Positions 19,629 through 33,296 are shown, counted from the first letter of the stretch. The stretch: 64,000 nucleotides of DNA from Candidatus Omnitrophota bacterium (GCA_029564765.1 JAKQPK010000050.1:18977-82976), one strand, 5' to 3'. A program made the numbers and translations. The notes: generated by a model not told the origin, from the sequence alone.

Positions 19629-21324
19629 GGCTCTTTTTTGATTGAACAGCTTCTTCAGCTTGTAAATATTTTAACACATTTTCTGCGATTTCCTTAAAAA
19701 TTGGGGCACAAACCGTACCTCCAAAATAAGTCCCCCGAGGATTATCGAACATAATGGCCATGGCAACCTTAGGATCTTCTACTGGCGCAAAACCGATAAA
19801 AGTCGCGTAAAAATGATCGTGGGAATATCGGCCAGAAACGATCTTTTGTGCCGTTCCTGTTTTTCCAGCGGCTGCAACATTTTTTATTCTTGCAAGTTTA
19901 CCGGTCCCTCTCTCGATCGCTCCCGCTAAAATACTCTTGACCCGCTGCGCCGTAGCAGGGTCGATGACCTGTCGCACAACATGCGGAGAAAACTTTTCAA
20001 TGGTCTCTCCATTCTTATCTCTAATCTCCTTGACCACATAAGGCTTCATCAAGATACCGTCGTTGGCGATAGCCGCAATTGCGCACGCGAGCTGGATCGT
20101 TGTTACCCCTACCTCGTGCCCGATAGGGACAGAACCAATGGAGATTTTTGACCATTGCCCATAAGACTTGAGGGATCCATTGATCTCTCCGGGAACATCG
20201 ATACCTGTTCTTTTGCCAAATCCAAAGCGTTGCGCATAATCATTGAATACTGGCCCTCCGAGCTTTTGCGCGATCTTTACAACTCCAATATTGCTTGATT
20301 GTTCGACTACCTCGCGAAAGGTCAATGTGCCATGGGCATGATGATCATGCAAAGTATGGTTCACTATGCGGTAGGCACCGTTCTCACAAAAAACCTTATC
20401 CGTTTCCTGTACAATTCCTTTCTCAAGAGCGGCAGACGTTAACACAACCTTAAAAACAGAACCTGGTTCGTACATATCACATACAGCCCGATTTTTCCTC
20501 TGATCTTCATGACTCTTGCCGAACTCGTTTAGATCGTACGTTGGGCGGTTCGCAAGAGCCAGGACCTCTCCTGTCCTAGGGTTAAGAACAACAACGCTTG
20601 CGCTCATTGCCCGATGGCGCTGGAACCCTTTGGCAAGCGCCTGTTCTACAAAATACTGGATATTATCATCGATCGTTAAGATCAGATCGAATCCATCTTG
20701 AGGCTTAAGAAGGGCCTGCTCGATCAAAAGGTCTTGTTGGCGCGCATCGCGCAGTATTTGAGCCGCACCTTCTCGCCCAGCAAGAAGCTTGTCAAACTTC
20801 AGCTCAAGTCCTTCAAGGCCATGGCCATCGGTTCCCGCAAAACCTACAAGATGCGCCGCGGCTTCGTGACCAGGATAGCTGCGCTTACTTTCTTTCATAA
20901 AATGAATACCTCGCAGCTTAAACGCAAGAACTTTTTCCATATCATCCAAGGATAATTTACGCGCGAGCCACACAAAACCTTTGTCACGTGTCAACCTCTC
21001 CCTCAAAAGATCTTTATCGAGGCCGATGGTCCGGGGCAAGACATCAATAGCTTTCTCAATATCAGCAGGCTTCATCATGCGCGGAGCGGCATATAACGAA
21101 TAGGCTGCGATATCTAGAGCTAAAGGCCTGAACTGTCGATCATAGATCGTTCCTCGCTTAGGCGCGAGGGTGATAACATGCGTCTGTTGTTTTTGGGCAA
21201 GATGGTTCAGGTAGGATGAGCGGAATACTTGAATGAGGACGAGTTTAAGCGTGAAAAAGCCAAAAAAAAGGATAAAAAAAATAAAAAGAAGGATAAATCG
21301 AAGGGATCTTTTTCGGAAATACAC
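19603..21324 (-). CDS. ftsI: Class B penicillin-binding protein FtsI
   Basis: RGTIYDR, EPGSVFK (SxxK), SSN, KTGTAQ. Confidence 0.93.
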   Translation of the reverse strand: MYFRKRSLRFILLFIFFILFFGFFTLKLVLIQVFRSSYLNHLAQKQQTHVITLAPKRGTIYDRQFRPLALDIAAYSLYAAPRMMKPADIEKAIDVLPRTIGLDKDLLRERLTRDKGFVWLARKLSLDDMEKVLAFKLRGIHFMKESKRSYPGHEAAAHLVGFAGTDGHGLEGLELKFDKLLAGREGAAQILRDARQQDLLIEQALLKPQDGFDLILTIDDNIQYFVEQALAKGFQRHRAMSASVVVLNPRTGEVLALANRPTYDLNEFGKSHEDQRKNRAVCDMYEPGSVFKVVLTSAALEKGIVQETDKVFCENGAYRIVNHTLHDHHAHGTLTFREVVEQSSNIGVVKIAQKLGGPVFNDYAQRFGFGKRTGIDVPGEINGSLKSYGQWSKISIGSVPIGHEVGVTTIQLACAIAAIANDGILMKPYVVKEIRDKNGETIEKFSPHVVRQVIDPATAQRVKSILAGAIERGTGKLARIKNVAAAGKTGTAQKIVSGRYSHDHFYATFIGFAPVEDPKVAMAIMFDNPRGTYFGGTVCAPIFKEIAENVLKYLQAEEAVQSKKSHAAEESSR

Positions 21325-21344
21325 AGATTTTTTTCAATTAATGA

Positions 21345-21731
21345 TTATCGTATAGGTCTAGCTTCAGCGATAGACCTAAACCCAAAAACCTTATCTAAAA
21401 GACTCGATGCGCGCTTTACGATAGTCGGCGATACAGCACGATCAGCTTTCACAAGCTCTGCTGGTGTTGCTTGAACATCAATAATATTACCACGACTCGC
21501 AAAATCAACATCGACATTTTTATCAAAAAAATGAGCTCCAAGATTTTGAGCGGATTTCAATCTTGCAATGTTGACGGTCGCGTGTGTATTATTATCCGAA
21601 AGCTTCAACGCCTGATCTTCGCGTTGTTTTGCCTGATACGCTAGATCGTAGATCATTACCTGCATTTGAATGTAGATCAATGAAAAGATCGTTACAGTTA
21701 GGCATAAAACAGAAAATTTCTTTAGGTTCAT
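21345..21731 (-). CDS. ftsL: FtsL-like bitopic cell division protein
   Basis: Lies between rsmH and ftsI; TM helix followed by coiled coil; divergent sequence. Confidence 0.65.
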   Translation of the reverse strand: MNLKKFSVLCLTVTIFSLIYIQMQVMIYDLAYQAKQREDQALKLSDNNTHATVNIARLKSAQNLGAHFFDKNVDVDFASRGNIIDVQATPAELVKADRAVSPTIVKRASSLLDKVFGFRSIAEARPIR

Positions 21732-22651
21732 TCGATCTCCTTTTTGCCGATGCGTTCTGCGATCCGAAGCCGCGCACTGCGAGAGCGCACGTTATCCGTT
21801 ACTTCTGCATCTGTGGGCCGCAACGGTTTCTTTGTAAGAATTCTTATTTTCCCTTGCTTGGAAAAGCTATGAAATTTATCCTTAACGATCTTATCTTCAA
21901 GAGAATGAAAGGAAATAACAGCTACCCTCCCCCCATCTCTCAAATACGGTATGCATTTATCAAGAGCCGCTTCTAAGGCTTCAAGCTCACGATTCACTGC
22001 GATACGAAACGCCTGAAATGCTCGGGTCGCAGGATGGATCTTTTGATGTTGCTGCTGACGAGGGACAGCATTGAGAATGATCTTTTTTAATTCTTCGGTT
22101 GACTCGATCGGATGTTTAACGCGCTCTCTTACGAGGCAATCCGCGATGCGCCGATGCCAACGCTCTTGGCCAAAATTCTTAAGAATAAGGGAGATCTCAT
22201 CCGTCGATAATGAGTTGATCAGATCATACGCGGATATAAAACTATTGCGGTCCATGCGCATATCCAATGGGCCATTATTACGGATGCTAAAACCTCGATC
22301 AGGCGTATCAAGCTGATAGCTGGAAACACCAAGGTCAAAAAGAAAAGCATCTACCTCCTTGATCGCTAACTGGTCAAGGACATTATCTAGATATCGAAAA
22401 TCTTTTTGCATCAAGGCGCAATGCCCTGCGTATTGTGCGAGATTCTCTTGCGCGATCGCCAATGAATCCGCGTCACGATCAATGCCGATCAAAAATCCGT
22501 TGGGACTAATATGTTTAACAATATGCTGGCTATGCCCTGCCAGGCCCAGCGTGCAGTCCACCACGCAAGATCCAGGACGCAGATTCAAAAGATCCACGAC
22601 CTCCTTCAAGAGGACTGGAACATGATGTGTTTTGTCTATCATTGCGACCAT
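21728..22651 (-). CDS. rsmH: 16S rRNA m4C1402 methyltransferase
   Basis: HVPVLL, DCTLGLAGHS, LDMRMD, SFHSLED, RSRSARLR. Confidence 0.97.
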   Translation of the reverse strand: MVAMIDKTHHVPVLLKEVVDLLNLRPGSCVVDCTLGLAGHSQHIVKHISPNGFLIGIDRDADSLAIAQENLAQYAGHCALMQKDFRYLDNVLDQLAIKEVDAFLFDLGVSSYQLDTPDRGFSIRNNGPLDMRMDRNSFISAYDLINSLSTDEISLILKNFGQERWHRRIADCLVRERVKHPIESTEELKKIILNAVPRQQQHQKIHPATRAFQAFRIAVNRELEALEAALDKCIPYLRDGGRVAVISFHSLEDKIVKDKFHSFSKQGKIRILTKKPLRPTDAEVTDNVRSRSARLRIAERIGKKEIE

Positions 22652-23091
22652 CAGGATATCTCCAAGATATTTTCCGCGATCTGCTCGAAAGAATCACGTG
22701 TCGTTCGATAAAAGTCTTCCCATGTCTTTTTATCCCATAGCTCAATGCGTGAAGAAACCCCGACAACCATGACATCTTTTACAATGCCAGAAAATTCTTT
22801 TAAATAGCTCGGGATAATAAAACGCCCTTGTCGATCCGGAACAATGTCAGCAGCACCAGCAAAGAACATGCGGTTAAAACTACGGCTTTCTTTTTTCGTG
22901 AAAGACATTGTCTTGAACTTTTGCTCTTGGGTGGCCCACTCATGCTCGCTAAACATGAAAATACACTTATCCAGCCCCCGAGTGAGAAAAAAGCGCTCAA
23001 TATTATTCTCCCGCGCGATCTCCCGGAATCTCGACGGCAAGATCAGTCGTCCTTTGCGATCTATGCTGTGGTCATATTCTCCGTAAAACAT
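22651..23091 (-). CDS. mraZ: Transcriptional regulator MraZ
   Basis: MFYGEY..IDRKGR, DRQGR, RIELW; first gene of dcw; start refined to the ATG at 23091. Confidence 0.96.
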   Translation of the reverse strand: MFYGEYDHSIDRKGRLILPSRFREIARENNIERFFLTRGLDKCIFMFSEHEWATQEQKFKTMSFTKKESRSFNRMFFAGAADIVPDRQGRFIIPSYLKEFSGIVKDVMVVGVSSRIELWDKKTWEDFYRTTRDSFEQIAENILEIS

Positions 23092-23098
23092 CGTATAC

Positions 23099-23123
23099 TC
23101 CACTTTCCTCCACTTTATCCCAC
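23099..23123 (-). promoter_or_regulatory. MraZ operator: three GTGG(G/A) boxes with 10-bp period
   Basis: Minus strand GTGGGataaaGTGGAggaaaGTGGA directly upstream of mraZ; matches known MraZ box architecture. Confidence 0.85.
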
Positions 23124-23130
23124 AATTTGG

Positions 23131-23159
23131 AGTATATTAAATATAGATGGGATTGTCAA
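23131..23159 (-). promoter_or_regulatory. Sigma70 promoter of the dcw cluster
   Basis: TTGACA-N17-TATACT. Confidence 0.85.
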
Positions 23160-23229
23160 TAATAAAATATAAAAATTAGATCATATATTTTATAAAGGCA
23201 AAGATAGAAAGAAGTGAAATGAAGGCAGG

Positions 23230-24171
23230 TTAGATAGACGTGCTCTTGCGAAAGAAATCTATTGCGATGTCCTTATCACGTTGAAATTGACGTAGAAAAT
23301 GATGGGGAGATAAAAACTTTTTTTCATTGCGGATCTTTTTAAGGAACTGGATTTCGATCCTTTGACCATAGATATTGCGATGAAAATCAAAAAGATGAAC
23401 CTCAATATTCTTCTTTCGAGAAGATTCGAATGAAGGGCGATATCCAACATTAGCGATCCCTTCACATTTTTTGCCGGCAACTACGGCACAAACGATATAG
23501 ACACCCAGAGGCGGCAAGATCTCGGGGCCGCAGTTGATGTTAGCGGTCGGTATCCCTAGCGCACGTCCGCGCCGGTTCCCGCGGACAACCTGGCCGATAA
23601 ATGTGATTTCACGATCAAGATATTTCTTCGCAAGTGAAAAATTGCCATCTTTGACAAGATGCCTTAGGCGCGAGCTGCTAACGACATCCCGGCCACAACG
23701 AACAGATCTTAAGACGTTTGCCTGGATCGAATATATTTTTGTCAAGGACTGCAAGGCTTTGCTGTCGCCCCTGCGTCCTCTGCCAAAATGAAAATTCTGT
23801 CCAATAAATATTTCCTTAGCTCCGATCTTACAAAATAAATAATCACGAACAAAATCTTCGGCTCTGAGCTTGGCGAATTCTTTCGTGAATGGCACAACCA
23901 TGCACGCATCAACACCCAACTGCTGGATCAGTCCCAGTCTGTGCTCAAGGGAAACAAGCAGAGAAAGGTCTTTTTTTCGATAAAGCACATGAACGGGATG
24001 TGGAAAGAATGTCAAAACGATAGATGTTCCTGATATCTGGCGCGCTCGAGCGACAGCTCTCAGGATAAGCTTTTGATGTCCTCGATGAACCCCGTCGAAG
24101 ACACCAATCGCAACGACAGGACGAGCGAACTTTTTAAACTTTTTTTGACGATCTAGAAAAATCTTGAGCAT
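23230..24171 (-). CDS. ribF: Bifunctional riboflavin kinase/FAD synthetase
   Basis: GVFDGVHRGHQ, SSSRLR, GIPTAN, GYRPSF, EVHLFDF. Confidence 0.95.
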   Translation of the reverse strand: MLKIFLDRQKKFKKFARPVVAIGVFDGVHRGHQKLILRAVARARQISGTSIVLTFFPHPVHVLYRKKDLSLLVSLEHRLGLIQQLGVDACMVVPFTKEFAKLRAEDFVRDYLFCKIGAKEIFIGQNFHFGRGRRGDSKALQSLTKIYSIQANVLRSVRCGRDVVSSSRLRHLVKDGNFSLAKKYLDREITFIGQVVRGNRRGRALGIPTANINCGPEILPPLGVYIVCAVVAGKKCEGIANVGYRPSFESSRKKNIEVHLFDFHRNIYGQRIEIQFLKKIRNEKKFLSPHHFLRQFQRDKDIAIDFFRKSTSI

Positions 24172-24181
24172 AGCCTAATGA

Positions 24182-24883
24182 TCACCTATCAACATCTATC
24201 AAATTCGCCGAAAGAATATCCTTTTCAGAAAAATTCTCAAGCTTGACCGCCTGTGAAACATCAAAACGGCCGACTTTCGTCCTGTGGATCTGCGATATGC
24301 AAGCCCCACAACCTAAAAGATTTCCCGCGTCTTCAGCGATCTTGCGAACATAAGTCCCTTTCGAGCATTCAAGGGCAAACTGCACGTTCGGAGGCTGAAC
24401 ATGCAGCAAGCTCAACGAATAGATCTTCACCTTGCGCGCCTCACGCTTAACCTCTACCCCTTCTCGAGCAAGCTGATACAGTCGTTTACCGTTATGCTTG
24501 AGGGCGGATACCATAGGCGGAACCTGGTCGATCTCTCCAATGAATTGCTTAAAAACTGATTCGATCTGATCAGCGTGGATATGGGGCCATGGCTTCTGCT
24601 GCAAAACTTTACCTCGGATATCTGCAGTATCCGTTATAAGGCCTAGCGTCATGGTTGCCGTATACGCTTTATCACAAGATGAAAATTTATTGAATAATTT
24701 TGTCGCGCTTCCCAGCAAGATGACCAAGACACCTGTGGCCAAAGGATCAAGCGTGCCTGCGTGACCGACTTGCCGCATTCTTAGCTTACGTCTTACCACG
24801 TCAACCACATCATGCGAAGTAATGTCCGCGGGCTTATCAATGACCAAAACACCGTTAAAAGGAGAAAAACGTTTAGCGCTCAT
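24182..24883 (-). CDS. truB: tRNA pseudouridine(55) synthase (short form)
   Basis: GHAGTLDPLATG, PPMVSALK, CSKGTYVR. Confidence 0.96.
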   Translation of the reverse strand: MSAKRFSPFNGVLVIDKPADITSHDVVDVVRRKLRMRQVGHAGTLDPLATGVLVILLGSATKLFNKFSSCDKAYTATMTLGLITDTADIRGKVLQQKPWPHIHADQIESVFKQFIGEIDQVPPMVSALKHNGKRLYQLAREGVEVKREARKVKIYSLSLLHVQPPNVQFALECSKGTYVRKIAEDAGNLLGCGACISQIHRTKVGRFDVSQAVKLENFSEKDILSANLIDVDR

Positions 24884-25847
24884 GACTAGACACCTTCTTG
24901 AATATCTGCGCTAAGACATCTTTTTGGGCTTTTGCCAACGGCTGCTCCAGCGTGCAGCCACTCGCGGCTTTATGGCCACCTCCAGAGAACTTTTGCGCGA
25001 TAGCGGCTACGTTCACAGATCCCGCAGAACGCAAATTAACGCGAACCTTCCTTGTAGATTCTTGAGAAAAAATAACCATAACCTCGACATCTTTCAGCAT
25101 GCGAAGAAAAGAAAAAATCTTGTCCTTAAGATCAACTTCTTTCTGATGAGCTTTTAGCATCCCGGATGGCAAAGAAACACACGCGATCTTCCCTTGGCGA
25201 TAATACTTAACCTTCTGGATGATCCGCGCAAGATCAAATAAATGCTTGGGCTTAAGGTCTTCATAAACATCATGGTAGATCTTTACAGGATCGACCCCAA
25301 GCTTAAGAAGCTGAGCTGTGATGTGATGCGTTCTGAAAGTTGTGCTCTGGTAGCGAAAGGATCCGGTGTCCGTCAGGATCCCTAGATATAAATAATATGC
25401 GATCTCTTTAGAAAGATCTGCGTCCCATTGCTGCAGCAGAGAAAAGAGTACTTCTGCGGTCGATGAAGCACTTGGGTCAACAATGTTGATCGTTCCAAAA
25501 AATTCATTCGTATAATGGTGATCGATGTTCACAATAGGCTTATTCTCCTGAATGATCGATCGCACCTCCCCAATACGGCCAAGTTCACCGCAATCAACAA
25601 CGATCGCAGCATCATAATCGCCAAAAAAAGATGCGAGCGGCCTGATCTGGTTGACCGCCTTCACAAAGCAAAATGCTGACGACACTGGTTTTTCATGAAC
25701 GACCATTACGCGTTTACCTTGCCCCTTTAAATACGCAGCGAGCGCCAATTGCGAAGCGATCGCATCAAGGTCTGGATTAACGTGTGTTACGATAAGGAAC
25801 CTACTGCGCTGACGTATCAGCGCTAGAGCTTTTTTCTCTGGTGTCAT
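24873..25847 (-). CDS. nrnA: DHH/DHHA1 phosphoesterase (NrnA-like)
   Basis: HVNPDLD, IDHH, TDTGSF, GGGHKAASG; between rbfA and truB; start refined to MTPEK. Confidence 0.88.
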   Translation of the reverse strand: MTPEKKALALIRQRSRFLIVTHVNPDLDAIASQLALAAYLKGQGKRVMVVHEKPVSSAFCFVKAVNQIRPLASFFGDYDAAIVVDCGELGRIGEVRSIIQENKPIVNIDHHYTNEFFGTINIVDPSASSTAEVLFSLLQQWDADLSKEIAYYLYLGILTDTGSFRYQSTTFRTHHITAQLLKLGVDPVKIYHDVYEDLKPKHLFDLARIIQKVKYYRQGKIACVSLPSGMLKAHQKEVDLKDKIFSFLRMLKDVEVMVIFSQESTRKVRVNLRSAGSVNVAAIAQKFSGGGHKAASGCTLEQPLAKAQKDVLAQIFKKVSSHER

Positions 25848-26175
25848 TAAACTTTTCCATTTCTTCACGTAAATGTGTGATGTATTCCACCGATTTGTCA
25901 TGAATAAAGATGAGCTCCGGGGTAAATTTCATGCGCAGACGCTTAGCAACCGTACGCCTTATAAGCCCCTTGGCGCTATCAAGCCCATCCTGGGCATGAA
26001 CAGCTCTAGCCTCATCGCCTAAAGCGCTAAAATAAATTTTAGCGTGCTGCAGGTCCCGGCTAACCTCCGCTCGACTGATCGTGATGAGCGCTAGGCGAGG
26101 ATCAGAAAGCTCCTGCTGAACGATCAGCGATATTTCTCTTTTCATTGTTTCGTTAACCCGTTCAATGCGATCCAC
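25801..26175 (-). CDS. rbfA: Ribosome-binding factor A
   Basis: RIERV...DPRL...SRDLQHAKIY...TPELIFIHD. Confidence 0.95.
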   Translation of the reverse strand: MDRIERVNETMKREISLIVQQELSDPRLALITISRAEVSRDLQHAKIYFSALGDEARAVHAQDGLDSAKGLIRRTVAKRLRMKFTPELIFIHDKSVEYITHLREEMEKFNDTREKSSSADTSAQ

Positions 26176-26189
26176 ACAACCTCCTTAGG

Positions 26190-27464
26190 TCAAATAAAAT
26201 CCATCTCTTGTAAAAGGCTTAACTCTTGCTCTTTGGTCATAGCACCCGCGTCGATCTTTCTTTCCAATAGGATCTGTAAAGTAGCCCCGATACGCTTTCC
26301 ATCGCAAATGCCTAGCCGCATAAGATCCTCACCCCTTGTGCACAAGTGAACATTGCGGTATTGCGTTAAAAAATTCTGAATGCACATCTCAGGAGGCTGC
26401 CCATGAGTTTTGACAAGAAAAAAGAGGATCTCCTCTGCGCTCATTGATTTCAACACATTATAGACCTGGCTGGGCTTAACGCAATTCATATCTAGGCGCT
26501 TAACGATCTCCTGCTCTAGTTTGCATGAAATGATCTTTCTGCTATCATGACGTGACAAAGATAAACGATTAACGATATCTTGAACTTTTTCGATCGGCTG
26601 ATCACTGATAAGGATCATCAAATAAACAAGCCAGACGGCCAATGCTGTCCGATCGATACCCTGCTCCTGCATCCACAACAAAATCGTTTGCACGCGCTTA
26701 AAATGATCTTTCTTTGCAGGGGTCCAAACGATCTCCTTACTAAAAAAACTTAACCCACCTACGTCTTGCAGGCGATCCAAACAACAAAGAACGTTTGGCT
26801 CTTTTAAGATCTTTTTGAATTCCTCAAAATATCGCCCCGCGCTCACATATTGCCAAAATTTTCCTTCCACGGCCTGCCGTAAAGGTTCGCGTGTTTCTTC
26901 TGCGATCTGAAATTGATAGCGCTCCTGAAAACGGATCGCGCGTAAAATACGCGTCGGATCATCCTCAAAGCTTTTCGCGTGAAAAACGCGAATTGTTCGA
27001 GATCGAATATCATCCTGTCCGCGACACATGTCCACAAGGGTTCCATAGTTATCTTGATTTAGCGAAATTGCCATCGCATTGATCGTGAAATCTCGACGAA
27101 AAATATCATCCTTCAAAGTTCCCTCAACGACAACGGGCAATGCCCCTGGCGTCGGATACGCCTCTTTGCGGGTAGAGCTAAAATCAACAACAAAACGATG
27201 GTCCCATGTTAAGGTCGCCGTCTTAAACCGTGGATAGACTGTCAGCGCTGTCTGGTAACGTTGAGCCAATGGCTTGCAAAACTCAACAGCATCAGATTCC
27301 ACAACGATATCTATATCCAGATTATCCCTGCCAAGAAGCAGGTCCCGCACAACGCCACCGATCAAATAACAAGAAACGCGTCTCTGATCCGCGTAGCTTC
27401 CGATCAAGCGCAGCAAGCGTAAAATTTCTTGTGGTAATCTATCAAGCAAAGATCCGGTCATCAT
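26190..27464 (-). CDS. cca: Class II tRNA nucleotidyltransferase (CCA- or A-adding)
   Basis: GGVVRD...DIDI, RRDFTINAMA, EDDPTRILRAIRF. Confidence 0.88.
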   Translation of the reverse strand: MMTGSLLDRLPQEILRLLRLIGSYADQRRVSCYLIGGVVRDLLLGRDNLDIDIVVESDAVEFCKPLAQRYQTALTVYPRFKTATLTWDHRFVVDFSSTRKEAYPTPGALPVVVEGTLKDDIFRRDFTINAMAISLNQDNYGTLVDMCRGQDDIRSRTIRVFHAKSFEDDPTRILRAIRFQERYQFQIAEETREPLRQAVEGKFWQYVSAGRYFEEFKKILKEPNVLCCLDRLQDVGGLSFFSKEIVWTPAKKDHFKRVQTILLWMQEQGIDRTALAVWLVYLMILISDQPIEKVQDIVNRLSLSRHDSRKIISCKLEQEIVKRLDMNCVKPSQVYNVLKSMSAEEILFFLVKTHGQPPEMCIQNFLTQYRNVHLCTRGEDLMRLGICDGKRIGATLQILLERKIDAGAMTKEQELSLLQEMDFI

Positions 27465-28347
27465 TATGGCCTAGGATGGAATTGTTTATGGATGGAGCGT
27501 AATCGCTCCCTATCAACATGCGTATAAATTTGTGTTGTCGCGATATCCGAATGACCCAACATTTCCTGAACAGACCTCAGATCAGCGCCATGCTCTAGCA
27601 AATGAGTCGCAAAAGAATGCCTTAGGGTGTGCGTTTTGATCGCTTTTTTGATCCCAGCTTTCTTCGCATAAAATTTAATGATCTTCCAAATACTTTGGCG
27701 GCTGATACGCTTGCCAAGCCTGCTAACGAATAAATATGGCACGATCTGGCCTTTCACGAACTTTCCCCGGACCTTTTCCAGGTATCTCTTCACAGCGTCA
27801 CGCGCCTTTTTTCCAATAGGAACAATGCGTTCTTTCTGCCCCTTGCCAATGCAACGCACATAACCGATCTCGGTGTTCACGTTCTCGGTCTTTAAGTCCG
27901 CGAGCTCTGAAACGCGCATACCGCTAGCATACAACATTTCTAAAATAGCCTGATCACGTATGTGTTGTGGTTGACGCCCCTGAGCGGAAAGGATCATGGT
28001 TTCGATCTCATTAGCTGTCAGAACATCTGGGACCCTTTTCCAGGTCTTAGGTGTTTCCAAAAGATGGGTCGGATCTTCCCTGGTAATGCGCTCACGTGCC
28101 ATAAATCGATGGAACATCCTGATCGCAGCTAAGCTGCGACAGATCGATGTTGCGGACAGCCCACGCGTTTTCTGTTTTTGCATATAATCGGTAATGTCCT
28201 CACGCTTGATCGCGTCTGGATCGGATCCACCTTTCTTCTCTAGAAAAGCAATGTATTGCAAAAGATCTTTTTGATAGGCCATCATTGTATTCTTGGCCAA
28301 CCCCCGCTCAACAAAAAGATGATTAAGGAATTCCTGCAAAAATTCTT

Positions 28348-28351
<4 letters not shown>
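27464..28351 (-). CDS. xerD: Site-specific tyrosine recombinase XerD
   Basis: GMRVSEL, GKGQKERIVP, HTLRHSFATH, LGHSDIATTQIYTHV, ends FHPRP. Confidence 0.93.
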
Positions 28352-31626
<3,275 letters not shown>

Positions 31627-31633
31627 AGGTCCT

Positions 31634-31909
31634 CTAACCTGTTGGGCTGATCTGGAAATCAGCGAACATTCCACCTGAATCAGAAAAATCTATCTTTTCT
31701 GACCGTATAGCCTCACAAAAATGATCCTCAATGTGACGGATCATCTTCTGGATGTTTTCTTGGGAGCCTTCAGCGAGGATTTCAACACGGCCATCGGAGA
31801 GATTGCGAACCCAGCCATTGACCTCACATGCGCGGGCCAATCGCTGCGTCGCGCAGCGAAACCCGACACCTTGAACAATGCCTGAATAAAAAATATGGGC
31901 TCGAACCAT
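31634..31909 (-). CDS. acyP: Acylphosphatase
   Basis: GIVQGVGFR, GWVRNLSDGRVE. Confidence 0.93.
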   Translation of the reverse strand: MVRAHIFYSGIVQGVGFRCATQRLARACEVNGWVRNLSDGRVEILAEGSQENIQKMIRHIEDHFCEAIRSEKIDFSDSGGMFADFQISPTG

Positions 31910-31920
31910 TTTATATCAAA

Positions 31921-31996
31921 TCGGGAAGGTGGGACTTGAACCCACGACCTCAACGTCCCGAACGTTGCGCGCTAAGCCAAGCTGCGCTACTTCCCG
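31921..31996 (-). tRNA. tRNA-Pro(CGG), CCA not encoded
   Basis: CGGGAAG acceptor stem, anticodon arm CAACG-TTCGGGA-CGTTG, T-loop GTTCAAGTC, discriminator A followed by TTT. Confidence 0.95.
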
Positions 31997-32035
31997 TGTT
32001 TTTCCGTATTAGAAGTTAACAATAACAGATGCGCT

Positions 32036-32064
32036 AGTGTAGCATTCTCAAAAAAGAGAGTCAA
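32036..32064 (-). promoter_or_regulatory. Sigma70 promoter of tRNA-Pro
   Basis: TTGACT-N17-TACACT with extended -10 TG. Confidence 0.7.
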
Positions 32065-32096
32065 CTCCACTCTTCTAAAATATGCAATCTGAAATC

Positions 32097-32531
32097 TTAA
32101 ACTTCTTTGGCTGAAAGAGCGAATTCTGACTCGGCAACGACTTTATCGCCAACTTTTGCTGTCGCCTTGAGAATACCTGTTTTTGCAATGAACTTTACTG
32201 TAGAAACCTCAATAACAAGCTGATCTCCTGGGACAACGGGAGCTGAAAAACGGCCGGTTGTCTTGCCCAGATAAAAATGACAATTCTTGCCTTGAAGGTT
32301 CTGACTATAATAAAAGTACACACATCCCGCCTGTGCCATTGCTTCCAGGATCAAAACGCCAGGCATGATTTTTTCTGATGGGAAATGCCCTTCAAAGAAA
32401 TGTTCGTTCGCGGAAACGTTCTTGACCGCGACGATCTTTTCATTGGCAACAAGCTCCGTTACGCGATCGATCAGCAAAAATGGAAAACGATGAGGAATGA
32501 TCTTTTTGATCTCTTGAACACCTAATTGCAT
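32097..32531 (-). CDS. fabZ: 3-hydroxyacyl-ACP dehydratase
   Basis: [30 protein letters not shown]. Confidence 0.92.
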   Translation of the reverse strand: MQLGVQEIKKIIPHRFPFLLIDRVTELVANEKIVAVKNVSANEHFFEGHFPSEKIMPGVLILEAMAQAGCVYFYYSQNLQGKNCHFYLGKTTGRFSAPVVPGDQLVIEVSTVKFIAKTGILKATAKVGDKVVAESEFALSAKEV

Positions 32532-32546
32532 AGCATGCTCTCCTTG

Positions 32547-33296
32547 TTAGCGGATCGACAGACCACCGTCGATCTGGATGATCTGACCTGTTAGATAAGA
32601 GGCTTCTTTACCGAGAAGAAAATCTACACAGTCCGCGATCTCTTCAGGCCTGGCCATGCGCCCTAAAGGAATAACGCTTTCGATCCTTTGCTTGTCTTCG
32701 GCGCTAAAGCCGCTTAAGATCTCTGTATCCGTAAAGCCCGGAGCGATCGCATTAACGCGAACATTATACGCGGCAACTTCCTTGGCGAGCGCTTTGGTCA
32801 TTGTATCCATTCCGCCCTTGCTCGCTGAATAATTGACCTGTCGCGGCAATCCCGCGGAGCCAGCAACAGAAGAAATATTGATGATATGACCCTCTCGCTG
32901 CTTTAAAAAGGTGACAATGCAGCAGCGCGCAGCGTAGAACGCGCCATTTAAATTCGTATCCATGACCTGATGCCAATCCTCTTGGGACATCAGCATAAAT
33001 GCCTTATCGATCGTAATACCCGCATTATTAACAAGAATATGCAATCCTCCAAGATCTGCGCGGACACCCTCGATCCATTCTTTAACCGCATCAAAATCCT
33101 TGATGTCAACCTGGTCCGCCTTGCAGCGCACACCACACTTCTGGGCCTGAAGAGCTAAGGCTTGGGCCTCTGCTTGACTTTTGGAGTAATTAAACGCGAC
33201 ATGACAACCATGTTGTGCCAAGCGCAACACGATCGCCTTGCCGATACCTCGCGCGCCGCCTGTAACGATAGCAACTTTTCCTTTGATATCGATCAT
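32547..33296 (-). CDS. fabG: 3-oxoacyl-ACP reductase
   Basis: TGGARGIG, NNAGIT, YSASK, NAIAPG. Confidence 0.88.
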   Translation of the reverse strand: MIDIKGKVAIVTGGARGIGKAIVLRLAQHGCHVAFNYSKSQAEAQALALQAQKCGVRCKADQVDIKDFDAVKEWIEGVRADLGGLHILVNNAGITIDKAFMLMSQEDWHQVMDTNLNGAFYAARCCIVTFLKQREGHIINISSVAGSAGLPRQVNYSASKGGMDTMTKALAKEVAAYNVRVNAIAPGFTDTEILSGFSAEDKQRIESVIPLGRMARPEEIADCVDFLLGKEASYLTGQIIQIDGGLSIR

